Shown: one piece after another, positions 22,821 through 32,804 of the stretch | How positions within the stretch are numbered: the stretch's first letter is position 1 | How the letters are laid out: every line of letters starts with the position of its first letter | Origin: a virus | Lineage: Duplodnaviria > Caudoviricetes | Direction: 5' to 3' (one strand) | Length of the DNA: 34,592 nt | IMG/VR virus record: IMGVR_UViG_3300030392_000276 | Location: 1 to 34,592 of that record | Position numbers and translations under genes: made by a program | Notes under the pieces: model-generated | Database searches by the model: none | What the model was told of the DNA's origin: nothing | The model's input: the letters and a program-made list of their open reading frames with translations, nothing else

Positions 22821-25800
22821 TTAGTTAAGCTTTATTATTTTGAAATCAGATAGAAGGGCTTTTAAATCTTGTTGAATATCTAGATTAGGTTTTCTTTTAT
22901 GTATTCTATTAAATTTCTCTACTGCCAGCACTTGCTTACCTTCGTCTGCTTTTCTAAAGCGTATTTGCATAATTCTTGTAAGCTGATCATTTACTCTGTT
23001 CCTTTCTTCGTCTGAAACAAAGTTGTTTTGCTCAAGTTCTGCTAAAATACTTCTTTCTACCACATCTAAAGAGTTCTCTCTTACATATTCTATTTGAAGC
23101 TGTAAATTTCTCCTTTGACTTTCAGGAGAAAGTTCTGCATACTTTTGTTTATGTTCTCCTCGTATATAAGGAATAAGATTTTTCTCAACAAGGTTCCGAT
23201 ATTCTATTCTTAGTCTACGAGTAAGTTCTGGGGCATCTTTAATTTTAGGAAACAGTTTATAGCTTAACAACTGATGCTTTTGCATTTCTTCTTCTAATAC
23301 ATTCTTGTAGGCAGGAGAACCTAGACCTGTAAGTTGCCTCTCAACAGTGTCTTCCCGTTCTTGTCTGGTTCCGGGAAGAGCGGTAGCTGTAACTACATCT
23401 TCTGCTGGAGTACCTTTTCCCCCTAACCATTTAAATACACCTTCCGCTGCATCTTTTGAACTAAATAACCCAGCAAATGGTATATCATATTCTCCTCCTC
23501 TGGTAATTGGAGCAGAACGAAGTGTTCTTCTAATAGCATCTTCTACTGGATTAACTACATCTGTTTCTTTTACTCCTGCATATTCTTTAGGATCATATGC
23601 AATCATTACATCTCTTAATTGACCAAGAGGAACCAAAAAAGTATTCAGATAGTTACCCACCCATTTAGCTGCCCAATCATCGAGTCGTATCTGTTCATCT
23701 TTGTATTTTTCTCCAAGAACATCTCTGCTAATATCTCCCTTTGCTGCAAAAAGAGTATCACTTTCCCTTCCTAGATCAGCAAGCTCCTTGAAAAATTCAC
23801 GAGACATTCCCGTTCTAAATGTTGAGCCAAAGGCAGCTTTCATAAAGTCTCTTCCTGTTTCTGTGGTTATTAGCCCGTCAGATAAACTTTGGTGTTCTAC
23901 TTTGTCCCATGTGGCTCTTGTTTCCTCTCCTATAATTATGGGTACTACTCCGGGTATTAAGTCTTTTTGTGCTGTCATGGTTCTTACAATTTTATCTGCT
24001 AACAACATCCATGGAGCAAATGGGCCATAAAAAGCTAGGGCATTTTTATATTTACCTGTCTCTTCATCATATACTTCCCACCAATTTGCTGTTGGTCCCT
24101 GTTGTGCTCTTAATTGAATGGCTCCATATAACATAGTAGTACCAGTTAATTGTTGAGAGAAGCGTTTTCTTATTTCTAACGTGCTTGCTCCTTTGGCTGC
24201 TCTATAAAACAATCCCGGATCAGCCATTCCTATGATTGGGGCATGTTTATACATAAACTCTAATGAGTTAGCTACAAATCGTGGAAACGGAATAATTGTA
24301 GATGTGGCAGGGTTGCTAAAGGCTTCAATAAATCCGTTGCCTATTGCATTCCATAAACCTTTTTTGTATCGTTTCCCTTTTGGCCCCCGTGCTGGAAAAG
24401 ACTTCTGATAGGTAAAATGTAATGCTTCTTCCATTGCTTTAGCAATGTCATTTCTATCTATTGTACCGAAGGTTCCCTCTTCCATATGCTGTCTGAGAGT
24501 TTTTCCTTCACGTTTAGGATGCAATCGGGTCTTCGCTTTTTTTGCTAGAATAGACTTCAGTTCAGACATAAATATAGCTCGTTTAAAAGAGTTATCTGCA
24601 AGAGTGTTAGCTCTGTTTAAAAATCTAGCAATGCCAACAAGCTTTGAACTTTCTAAGGCCCCTGCTTCAATGTCTGCCATTTGCCTGAATAAAGTTTGAA
24701 ATTCATCTGGCATATTTTGAGCAAACATTAAGCGTAAATAGTTTGATTCAGATGGATTTAGTATTTGTCTTCCGGCAGTAAGTCCAGATTGCATTCTGCT
24801 TGGATTTAATGTAAATGCACCATAGAAAAAATTATCTAGCGCATAGAGTGCAGTTCTAACACCAGCATTGGCTGTGTTACGAATAGTAGTTGCAGTTTGA
24901 ATGGTCATCATACCCAAGCGAAATTTATCTATTGCCTGAATGCCTTTCCAAATTGCTACTTCCCCAGATTCTGCTAATCTAGAAATTTCCTCAAATCGTT
25001 TTTGTGCTGCTGGACTAAGAAACCGACTTGCTGTTAAATCCTCTGTTGCTTTTGTTAATCTGTATTCAAAGTTGTCCTTTGACAACTTCCCCAATTTTTG
25101 TCCAACTTTACCCCACTCAGACATATCCGCTCTAAAGATTGAAGTAAATTGTTCTCTGGTCAAAGCATACTTTTCTAGTATTTTATCTATTGCCTTAAAG
25201 GCTTGAGAACTATTCGGCGCGTCTTTACCAGCAAAATTTATTGCATCAATTATTCGTTCTGTTATTCTCTTATCTTCAGTAAAATCTATAGCCGCCCTAC
25301 CGTATTTATGTAAAATTTCAGTGGCTGCATCAATGATATTGTCATGGACGTTGTCACTAAAACTAGCTTTAAAACCCTCTGGTGTAGGAACAATCTCTGC
25401 CTTTAGCTCTCTTCCTATCATAGAATCTTTAAGAGGATCAAGTTGGCCTCTTACACCCTCTCTAATTTTAACTAGTTTCGTCTGTCCTTCTTTATCTACT
25501 TCTCCAACTAATTTAAAGTATACATCAAATTCTTTTCTAGCCTTTTTTGCTCTTGTTTCTGTTGCTGCAAGCCCTTTTCCAAATAGCTCTTGTGCTTTTA
25601 GCTCTTGGCTCCTTCTTAGTACCCTAACTCCACCAGACACCGCTCCTCCAAAAAGAGCGCCTGTAGCGCCCCCTATTAGGGCTTGTTCGACAACATCAAT
25701 ATCTTTAAATTCTTCTCGACCAGTTAACTTACGGGATGCAGCTTCTCCTGCTCCATGAACAGCACCAATTGGAGCCTCTACTGCTGCCCCTGCAATTGCC

Positions 25801-26294
25801 CCTCGTCTAAACGCCTCTCCTCTTGTAGTTTTAGACAGAACATTTTTAACTGTAAGATCATTAATTAGACTTGCTACTCTCGTCATTCCTCCTCTTACTG
25901 CACCTTTTGAAAGTAAACCAAGACCACCCGTACCTATTGCAGCAACAGTACTAGGAGCCGTTAAAATTCCTCCCACATAATCATTAATCCATTCCCAATT
26001 ACTAGTTATTTTTTCACCTTTATCAAAGGCAAGAAACATTTTGCCCATTGTGTCTCGTTGTTCCTCATTTGCATTTTTTGCATAGCGGTATGTTCTAGCC
26101 ATAGAAACTTCATTGGTAGTTCCCCATCGCATAACTTCCGCTAATTCATCTACAATCTTTGCTGGATCATCATATGCTGAACCAGTTCTATCATATAAAT
26201 ATTTAGAAGCATCTTCTAGAAACTCTTCATCTTCTAAAAGTTGCTTCCTTGTGAGCTTTTCCTGTAAATAATATGGTGTAGTGTTTTCTGCCAT
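22821..26294 (-). CDS. large internal virion (ejection) protein
   Basis: 1157 aa with Gly/Ala-rich helical segments; position at the end of the podoviral structural arm. Confidence 0.65.
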   Translation of the reverse strand: MAENTTPYYLQEKLTRKQLLEDEEFLEDASKYLYDRTGSAYDDPAKIVDELAEVMRWGTTNEVSMARTYRYAKNANEEQRDTMGKMFLAFDKGEKITSNWEWINDYVGGILTAPSTVAAIGTGGLGLLSKGAVRGGMTRVASLINDLTVKNVLSKTTRGEAFRRGAIAGAAVEAPIGAVHGAGEAASRKLTGREEFKDIDVVEQALIGGATGALFGGAVSGGVRVLRRSQELKAQELFGKGLAATETRAKKARKEFDVYFKLVGEVDKEGQTKLVKIREGVRGQLDPLKDSMIGRELKAEIVPTPEGFKASFSDNVHDNIIDAATEILHKYGRAAIDFTEDKRITERIIDAINFAGKDAPNSSQAFKAIDKILEKYALTREQFTSIFRADMSEWGKVGQKLGKLSKDNFEYRLTKATEDLTASRFLSPAAQKRFEEISRLAESGEVAIWKGIQAIDKFRLGMMTIQTATTIRNTANAGVRTALYALDNFFYGAFTLNPSRMQSGLTAGRQILNPSESNYLRLMFAQNMPDEFQTLFRQMADIEAGALESSKLVGIARFLNRANTLADNSFKRAIFMSELKSILAKKAKTRLHPKREGKTLRQHMEEGTFGTIDRNDIAKAMEEALHFTYQKSFPARGPKGKRYKKGLWNAIGNGFIEAFSNPATSTIIPFPRFVANSLEFMYKHAPIIGMADPGLFYRAAKGASTLEIRKRFSQQLTGTTMLYGAIQLRAQQGPTANWWEVYDEETGKYKNALAFYGPFAPWMLLADKIVRTMTAQKDLIPGVVPIIIGEETRATWDKVEHQSLSDGLITTETGRDFMKAAFGSTFRTGMSREFFKELADLGRESDTLFAAKGDISRDVLGEKYKDEQIRLDDWAAKWVGNYLNTFLVPLGQLRDVMIAYDPKEYAGVKETDVVNPVEDAIRRTLRSAPITRGGEYDIPFAGLFSSKDAAEGVFKWLGGKGTPAEDVVTATALPGTRQEREDTVERQLTGLGSPAYKNVLEEEMQKHQLLSYKLFPKIKDAPELTRRLRIEYRNLVEKNLIPYIRGEHKQKYAELSPESQRRNLQLQIEYVRENSLDVVERSILAELEQNNFVSDEERNRVNDQLTRIMQIRFRKADEGKQVLAVEKFNRIHKRKPNLDIQQDLKALLSDFKIIKLN

Positions 26295-26509
26295 GTTATA
26301 GAACCTTAATCATGTAATTCTTTCTGTTAGGTTTTAGGAACCAAGAGCACGGGCAAATGCTACAGCAGCTAGGGAGTCTGGATTTTGGTATTTAGCTATC
26401 ATTTCTTGTACAAGATTACGATATAGTTCTTTATTTCCTGTTTTTTCTGCTGTCAATTTTGCTGCTCTCAATGCGGCTAAATCTTTTTGAGCTTCGGGTG
26501 AACTAATAT

Positions 26510-29038
26510 CTATTTTTTTTTTCGTGCCCCGCGCCGGTGAGTAATAGTTTCGGTAGTTTCTTCTTCTTCTTCTTCTTCTGGTTCATCAGACCATCCTTTT
26601 TCAGCCCCTACATCCCTGAGTGCCGATTTAAATGCACTCTCATTCATTAGGAAGGGAAGCGCATTTTCAGTGCGCCAAGCTATTGCCTCGTCAAGAGTGT
26701 CAAGCTTCCTTAGAGCTTCAGTTATGAGGTTATACTGCTCACTTATGCTTGGTGTGCCGAGTCCTGTCGGTACTTTACCCGTATCACCAGCATCTGTCTG
26801 ATCCTCCTCTGGGAACGCACCACTTAAAAATCTATTTACATAGTCAACCAAACTTTCTTCGCTTTCAATTGGTTCGTTAGCTAAAAACTTCCTAAAGACC
26901 CTAGGGGCAGGAAGCGTACTACTACCTCCTCGGGAAGCCTTATACTGGTCAACTAAATTCTCAGTAGCGTCCCCGTCACTGGGGTTTCCTTTAAATGTCC
27001 TCCAAACATTTTGCCATTCCGTTCCATGTACATTATCTTCTGTCCAGTTACTATAATTAGTAGAATCATAAGTACCTACTTCAGTATCAGTAGTATCAGT
27101 ACCTACTTCAGTATCAGTAGTATCAGTACCTACTTCAGTATCAGTAGTATCAGTTACATCTTTCAAAGTAAAGCCCGATTTTGTAGAGGACATCATCAAT
27201 GCTGCAGCATGAGCAAACCATTGTCTATCCAAATTAGCCCGTTGTTCTGGATCTAAGTTTTCTATATCAACTTTATTTCCTTCAGGGTCTTCTCCACTCT
27301 TTAAGCCCAGTTGTGTGACCTGATTTATAAGATTTAATGTTCGTTCACCAAAACTCGTAACAACACCTTCCTTATTAACACCACCAATAGTATCGCTCTC
27401 GTCCACATCCACAGGAGCAGGAGCAGTAGCAGTAGTTACTGAAGGAATACCAGAAGTATCCTCCCTAACCGGAAATGCCTCGAAAAAATTAGTCGTAGCG
27501 AGAGCAACTTCTGAGGGTGCTGTACCATACACTTCATTGTGTACTTGATGTAAAACTAAAACAGCATCATTCAGGTTTGTTGAAGCTGCAATTGAACCAA
27601 ATTTATCGTCTAGATTTAACGCTTGTATTTTCTTGTTTATGGCACCTAGTAAGTCATCAGGTGTTTGTATGTCATCGCTATAGTCAGGCAGTAGGCTCTG
27701 ATTATAGTTGGAAATAAGTTGTTTGTTTCTCCACTGCTGTATTCTCGTCAGCATTGCACTTGGCATCTCACCCTTACCAAATATACCTGTCATTGCTGCG
27801 GAGTCACCAAATTCCGACACAAATTGTGCAAAGGTTTTATTTGTGGAGCTGCCCTTCTTCCTAGCTGCCCAGCCTCTAAAGGCGTGGGCGAGTCCTACCG
27901 CTACATATTGATCTGGAACATATCCAGACTGTAGTAACTGCAAAGTCGGGGCGACATCATCCCCACTACGCAGTTGTGAAAATAGCCAAGCATTTCTAGT
28001 AGCCTCTGCTATCGCTAAAGAATCTCTAGTTGTAGTTGCATTAGTAAATCTAATGCCACCGGAATCTTCCTTATAGTCAGAATCATAGCTACCAGCAATA
28101 TTCCCTAAAATCCTTCTCTGAAACGCCGCATGGTTAGAAGAAGTAGGTAGCTTACCAGTCATATTTTCCCATGCTTGGGAAAACGAATATACATTTGCTA
28201 GGTGTCCTGTTAATTCGGACAGTCTAGTTCCTCTTGGAACTACTACTCCAAAAATATTTATAGCTGTCACGCTGGGATCGTCTTCTCCATTTGGTTTTTT
28301 GAAAGCCTTTCCGTAAATAGAATCTTCAATTAACATGCGTTTATCTTCTGCTTCAGCAAGCGCAAGTTGCGCAGTTTTAAGCTCTAAAATTCGTACCGTG
28401 TCTGGTGGCATTTTAAAAGGTAGCATACCACCTGTAATTTCAAACGGAGTTCTTTTCGATTTTGAAAGTACCTGACTTATGTACGTTGCATTTTCTCCTC
28501 GTAGGTATTTTACTTGCTCTAGAGCGGCTTGTCGTGGATTTTGGAATCCTAAATTAATACTTAAACTATCATAAAAATTTTCCCCAAAAGTCTTTTGCTC
28601 TTGAGCAGATGTAACAGAAGGATCAACTAACATGCCCGTATATCTTTGAGCTATTAAACGAATTTGATCCTGTCCAATTGTTACATCCTTGGGTGACACT
28701 GGAAAATCAAAAAGTTGTGCAGGGGTTAGTCTATCCTCATCCCCACCCTCAAATAAACTTTGATTTTCATTGTATTTTTGTTGCATCCAAGCCCGTTTAT
28801 CTGGAGACGATCCAAGATAGCTTTCTACTTGTTGTTGAGTTTTTAAACCTATAGCCAACGCATCACGAATAACTTGTTCTGCTGCTAGGATATCAGTATC
28901 TAAAGCCTCTGCACCTGCTTCTACTTTACTATAAAGATCACGAAAAAGATCATCACTTAATGTTTCTTGACGTTTTCTTTGTTCAACAATATTTCTTCCT
29001 ACTGTTCCTAATGCAGAAGCTATCACTGTTGCTACCAT
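26510..29038 (-). CDS. internal virion protein, 842 aa (probably extended to 26334 by -1 frameshift)
   Basis: Long ORF among internal-virion genes; ends at A10-TAG, and the -1 frame stays open for 59 codons. Confidence 0.65.
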   Translation of the reverse strand: MVATVIASALGTVGRNIVEQRKRQETLSDDLFRDLYSKVEAGAEALDTDILAAEQVIRDALAIGLKTQQQVESYLGSSPDKRAWMQQKYNENQSLFEGGDEDRLTPAQLFDFPVSPKDVTIGQDQIRLIAQRYTGMLVDPSVTSAQEQKTFGENFYDSLSINLGFQNPRQAALEQVKYLRGENATYISQVLSKSKRTPFEITGGMLPFKMPPDTVRILELKTAQLALAEAEDKRMLIEDSIYGKAFKKPNGEDDPSVTAINIFGVVVPRGTRLSELTGHLANVYSFSQAWENMTGKLPTSSNHAAFQRRILGNIAGSYDSDYKEDSGGIRFTNATTTRDSLAIAEATRNAWLFSQLRSGDDVAPTLQLLQSGYVPDQYVAVGLAHAFRGWAARKKGSSTNKTFAQFVSEFGDSAAMTGIFGKGEMPSAMLTRIQQWRNKQLISNYNQSLLPDYSDDIQTPDDLLGAINKKIQALNLDDKFGSIAASTNLNDAVLVLHQVHNEVYGTAPSEVALATTNFFEAFPVREDTSGIPSVTTATAPAPVDVDESDTIGGVNKEGVVTSFGERTLNLINQVTQLGLKSGEDPEGNKVDIENLDPEQRANLDRQWFAHAAALMMSSTKSGFTLKDVTDTTDTEVGTDTTDTEVGTDTTDTEVGTYDSTNYSNWTEDNVHGTEWQNVWRTFKGNPSDGDATENLVDQYKASRGGSSTLPAPRVFRKFLANEPIESEESLVDYVNRFLSGAFPEEDQTDAGDTGKVPTGLGTPSISEQYNLITEALRKLDTLDEAIAWRTENALPFLMNESAFKSALRDVGAEKGWSDEPEEEEEEETTETITHRRGARKKK
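27071..27154. repeat. 27-bp tandem repeat x3 encoding DTTDTEVGT
   Basis: AGTACCTACTTCAGTATCAGTAGTATC repeated exactly three times. Confidence 0.9.
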
Positions 29039-29039
29039 G

Positions 29040-29549
29040 CTATTGCTCCATTTCTTCCATATTTATTTCAGGTCGAGTCATCAAGCCCTCTACAGACTGT
29101 TTAATATTTTGTAGTTGTTCTTCATCTATACTTTCTATAAGCTCTTCTTCCTGTGGTTTACTTTGAGCTAATTGAATAATATGTGAAGGAAAACCTTGTT
29201 CTTTTATTACTCCGTCTTTCACTTCTATTCCTGCAATATCCGCTATTGAATTAAATAATTCAAATAGTGTAGGAGCAATAAGTACTGCTACATCTATAGT
29301 ATGTAGCCCTTGCATCACTCCCGATAAAGTTACAGCATCAACTAAATCAGCTACAGGAAATCCTGATTTCATAATATGAACTAATTTCTGAAGTCTATCA
29401 ACAGCATTCATTTGATTTACATAAAAACCTAATGCCTCTTCTTCTGTTTCATATTTAGGCGGTGTCTCCCAAGGACGAGACTTCGGTTCAGCAGTTAATG
29501 ACTGACCGGGAACAGGAGCACTAAGTTGTTGAATATCAAGGTTTGGCAT
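29040..29549 (-). CDS. conserved structural-arm protein (APVPGQSLT...PWETPP)
   Basis: 169-aa ORF; motif recalled from marine podoviruses. Confidence 0.7.
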   Translation of the reverse strand: MPNLDIQQLSAPVPGQSLTAEPKSRPWETPPKYETEEEALGFYVNQMNAVDRLQKLVHIMKSGFPVADLVDAVTLSGVMQGLHTIDVAVLIAPTLFELFNSIADIAGIEVKDGVIKEQGFPSHIIQLAQSKPQEEELIESIDEEQLQNIKQSVEGLMTRPEINMEEMEQ

Positions 29550-29554
29550 ATTGT

Positions 29555-30043
29555 TTATCCTATACTAGTGATTGGCTTTTGTTTAAATTCCTGTGCAACG
29601 TCTCTAAGTTTCTGCCGAATTAAGTTACCATAATTTTCTTGTGGAGTTGGTAATCTTGGCACATCTTTTGCTCTTTGAGCCATTAACGCTGTCTTTATTT
29701 GTTCTCCTGCTTGTACTTTGCTACGTGTACCTGCTGTTCTTATTTCTATTTTACGTAGTTCTGCTAATATTGCTTCTACCCGTGGTTTATTATACCCTCC
29801 TACAGTTAGTAAGTGTTGTTCAAGGGCCGTTGATGCAAGATCAAGCTTTTCTCCTCTAGCAGAAGCAGCTTGTAAATTAGCCATTAAAGTATTCATACTA
29901 GTATTGCCACGAATAAAATTGTCCACTGCTTCTGCAGCAGGGTCTTCTTTGCTCATAGCTGTCTTAGCTGTTTCAAAATCTTTCCAATACCCATTACCAT
30001 TATTCGCTACTGCTTTAGCGGTATGTCCCGAATTTGTAGTCAT
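29555..30043 (-). CDS. hypothetical structural-arm protein
   Basis: 162-aa ORF with GGAG RBS. Confidence 0.65.
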   Translation of the reverse strand: MTTNSGHTAKAVANNGNGYWKDFETAKTAMSKEDPAAEAVDNFIRGNTSMNTLMANLQAASARGEKLDLASTALEQHLLTVGGYNKPRVEAILAELRKIEIRTAGTRSKVQAGEQIKTALMAQRAKDVPRLPTPQENYGNLIRQKLRDVAQEFKQKPITSIG

Positions 30044-30070
30044 TCAATTTCTCCGTTTATATAGTTATTC

Positions 30071-31972
30071 CTATTTTTTAAAAGGAAACATAGCTTTGGC
30101 TAGAGAACTAATTCCTGCTGTCGCAAATGGTGATAGTATTTCACCAATAAAACTACCAACATTAACACTATTTTGTCTATCTGCCGCAAATTCAGCTAAA
30201 CTTCTATCACTTTTATTATTTAACTGTGCTAATTGCAAAGCAGAAATTCTATCAAGTTCATTTTCTCCACTTGTCCAAGCAAATTCCATGACATCTCTAT
30301 ATTCTTGCCATAAATTACTATAAGCGGTATTACTAATATCTAACAGATTCTGTGCATTTAACTGATTCTGAAAGTTTACAGCAGCAGTATCTGCTGTAGC
30401 AATTTCTCTTCGCCAAACTGCATTACTTTGTTCAATTGCTAATTGATTACCCGCATTAAATTGTTCTCTCTGATTAACAATTTCAGAATTAAATCTTTGT
30501 AATGCGTTAATTTCACCAGAATTAAATTGACTAATAGCGTTTGCTTGAGCAGAATTATTCTGTCCTACACTAGAAATAAGATTATCATAAAACTGATCTG
30601 TCTGTTGCTGGCTACTAGCATTTATTTGACGAGTAGAATTTTCTGCTGCAGCATCCGTTAACAAAGATTGAACTTGTGCTTGAGAATTAACAATAGCTGC
30701 CTGTTGAGAATTGTTCAAATTTGCAGTATCAAGTTGCAAAAAATTCTGAGCATTTTGAACTGCTGCCTGTTGCCTATTATTTAAATTAGCAATGTCCAAT
30801 TGTGACAAAGCAGCAGCTTGTGCCATAGTTATAGCTTGTGAATTATTAAGATTTTGTAAATCTACTGTTTGTACAAATCGTGCATTTTCAAGAGCAATTT
30901 GTTGATCTGCAGTGAAATTACGATTTGCTACATCGGCTACTGTTGCAGCATTCCGTACCCTAGTTTGAAAAGATTGATCAAACTCCTGCTGCATAAATTG
31001 TGCTCTGTATTGAGCACGAACCATTGCTGCCTGTTGCCTGTTAGTTAAATTTTGTGCTTCAAAAGTAGCTACAGTACGGGCATCTAATTGTGCAATGGGC
31101 AAAGCTTGTTCAAAGGCAGCGTCAAGAATAGCTTGTCCTGCCATGCTACTAGCTCCTAATCCTCGTGCCGCTAACGTCTGTTCTGCAGCACGAACAGCAC
31201 CTCTAGCCCACGAAGGAATTTCTCCACCTTCAAACTGTTGCAATAATGTTTCAAGCTGCCCTTGAACTGTAGCAGCTTCCGTAGGTGCAGCCACAGCAGC
31301 TTGGGCTTCTGGCTCAATAAACTGTGCTGCCTGTACTGCTTGTCCTGTAGGTGCAGCTACTACTTCTCCAGCCTGTAGTTGTCTTGGAGGAGGAGCTTGC
31401 ACTTGAGCAGCTTGTGCTAATTGAGCAGCCTGAAGATTTGCAATATTAGTTTGTGCCTGTTGCTGCGCTTCAATTGTCTGTGTAGGAGCTTGTAATTGTG
31501 CTGCCTGTGCAGCAACTTCTCGTACATCAGGAGCAGCAGCAGCAGTGGTAACTTGTGGTGCAACTGCAGCAGTTGGTGCTATAGTTTGAGCAACAGGAGC
31601 TTGTGTCGCAGTGGGAACAGTAACATCTGTAGTTACCTGTCCTTGTACAGGAGATATAAGCTGTTCTTCTTCAAATGGAGTAACTGCAGCTTGAAATGCT
31701 CCACCTACAGGCAACCCCGGAGCTACTGTTCTCTGAGCAGTTAATTCACCAATTAAAGGGGGCTGTAATCCTCCTGCCTGAAAACTACGCATTGTTTCTT
31801 CACCAAACATATCTGTATTCTGTTGAGTGAAATAACGAGAGGCTATATCAGGATTTTGCTCAAGAAAACTTCCAAAGTCCTTTAAGTTTGCTCCAGAATA
31901 ACCATAGCCTTTAGCTAATTCTTGAAGGGTATCTCTACTATATCCCGTAAATTGATTATTTAATGCTGCCAT
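30071..31972 (-). CDS. Gln/Ala/Asn-rich internal virion (DNA-ejection/pilot-like) protein
   Basis: 633 aa with repeated NLNN.QQAA.QNAQ units. Confidence 0.7.
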   Translation of the reverse strand: MAALNNQFTGYSRDTLQELAKGYGYSGANLKDFGSFLEQNPDIASRYFTQQNTDMFGEETMRSFQAGGLQPPLIGELTAQRTVAPGLPVGGAFQAAVTPFEEEQLISPVQGQVTTDVTVPTATQAPVAQTIAPTAAVAPQVTTAAAAPDVREVAAQAAQLQAPTQTIEAQQQAQTNIANLQAAQLAQAAQVQAPPPRQLQAGEVVAAPTGQAVQAAQFIEPEAQAAVAAPTEAATVQGQLETLLQQFEGGEIPSWARGAVRAAEQTLAARGLGASSMAGQAILDAAFEQALPIAQLDARTVATFEAQNLTNRQQAAMVRAQYRAQFMQQEFDQSFQTRVRNAATVADVANRNFTADQQIALENARFVQTVDLQNLNNSQAITMAQAAALSQLDIANLNNRQQAAVQNAQNFLQLDTANLNNSQQAAIVNSQAQVQSLLTDAAAENSTRQINASSQQQTDQFYDNLISSVGQNNSAQANAISQFNSGEINALQRFNSEIVNQREQFNAGNQLAIEQSNAVWRREIATADTAAVNFQNQLNAQNLLDISNTAYSNLWQEYRDVMEFAWTSGENELDRISALQLAQLNNKSDRSLAEFAADRQNSVNVGSFIGEILSPFATAGISSLAKAMFPFKK

Positions 31973-31982
31973 TTAAGTTCCC

Positions 31983-32333
31983 CTACGTGCCAGTTCCTAA
32001 TACTATACTTTCAGGATCAACCTCTAAACCTGATCCTGTATCTAAAATACATAGATGTTTAGTAGGAGCAAATCCTACCACTGTCCATGTTCCTGTTTCT
32101 ATATTTACATAAACATTAATAAGATGACCTTTAACAGATACTCCTGTTAGTATTTGTTTTTCTTTAAATTGATTTATAATATTACTTAAAATTATATCTT
32201 TTTTTTCCATGGGAAGACAAAGATTAGGAGATAATTTAGTTTGTGCAAATGCTTGTGTTGTCAGTATTCCTGAAAAAAAGATTATACTAAAGCTAATCAG
32301 TAGTAACTGTGCTAGTTTCTGTATTGTCGGCAT
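31983..32333 (-). CDS. putative exported protein with signal peptide
   Basis: Hydrophobic N-terminus ending AFA; C...VYVNIETGTWTVV...LCILDTG. Confidence 0.65.
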   Translation of the reverse strand: MPTIQKLAQLLLISFSIIFFSGILTTQAFAQTKLSPNLCLPMEKKDIILSNIINQFKEKQILTGVSVKGHLINVYVNIETGTWTVVGFAPTKHLCILDTGSGLEVDPESIVLGTGT

Positions 32334-32466
32334 TTTCATTTTCCTTTGAAATCTGTCGCTGTAAGGACACATTTGTTGTCATTGCTTCTGCAAGTTTATT
32401 TAATGCTTCATTACGTTGTTGCATTAAAATGTTTATAAAATCATTAACTTCTTCTTGAGTAGACAT
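32293..32466 (-). CDS. 57-aa coiled-coil protein (MSTQEEVNDFINILMQQRNEALNKLA...)
   Basis: Hand-translated; fills the gap between flanking genes. Confidence 0.6.
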   Translation of the reverse strand: MSTQEEVNDFINILMQQRNEALNKLAEAMTTNVSLQRQISKENENADNTETSTVTTD

Positions 32467-32479
32467 TATACTAAACTAC

Positions 32480-32782
32480 TTATACGTTAGAAGCTCCACT
32501 GAAAACACTTTCAGTCTTTAGTTTAGCATATGCAAGAGTAACAAGATTGCTATCACTCTCATCTCCTACAGAATAATCAAACTTAAATTTATCCATAGCA
32601 GGACAGGGAATGGTTTCTGGAGCAGCTTTAGCTCGCTCATCTGAATCTTTATATACAGAAACATCTACCATCATAAACCAGTCTTCACTATCCTTTCTAC
32701 ATACACGGGCGTTTGTAACACGAACATAACCATTGTTATGAGTGATCCCGCCCTGTAGAGGAACATTTACTTGTAACGCCAT
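32480..32782 (-). CDS. tail-fibre-associated / assembly-like protein
   Basis: 100-aa ORF downstream of a fibre gene; ends AYAKLKT..VFSGASNV. Confidence 0.55.
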   Translation of the reverse strand: MALQVNVPLQGGITHNNGYVRVTNARVCRKDSEDWFMMVDVSVYKDSDERAKAAPETIPCPAMDKFKFDYSVGDESDSNLVTLAYAKLKTESVFSGASNV

Positions 32783-32804
32783 AATCTAATCCTTTCTAAT
32801 TATT

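Noticed and set aside
27071-27154. Repeats as a mini CRISPR array
   Set aside because: Units are contiguous with no spacers and lie in frame within a CDS
23347-31744. Plus-strand ORFs in the late arm (e.g. 25321-25758, 29718-30323) and minus-strand ORFs in the early arm
   Set aside because: They are antisense shadows of long genes with Ser/Leu/Phe-biased composition and no RBS
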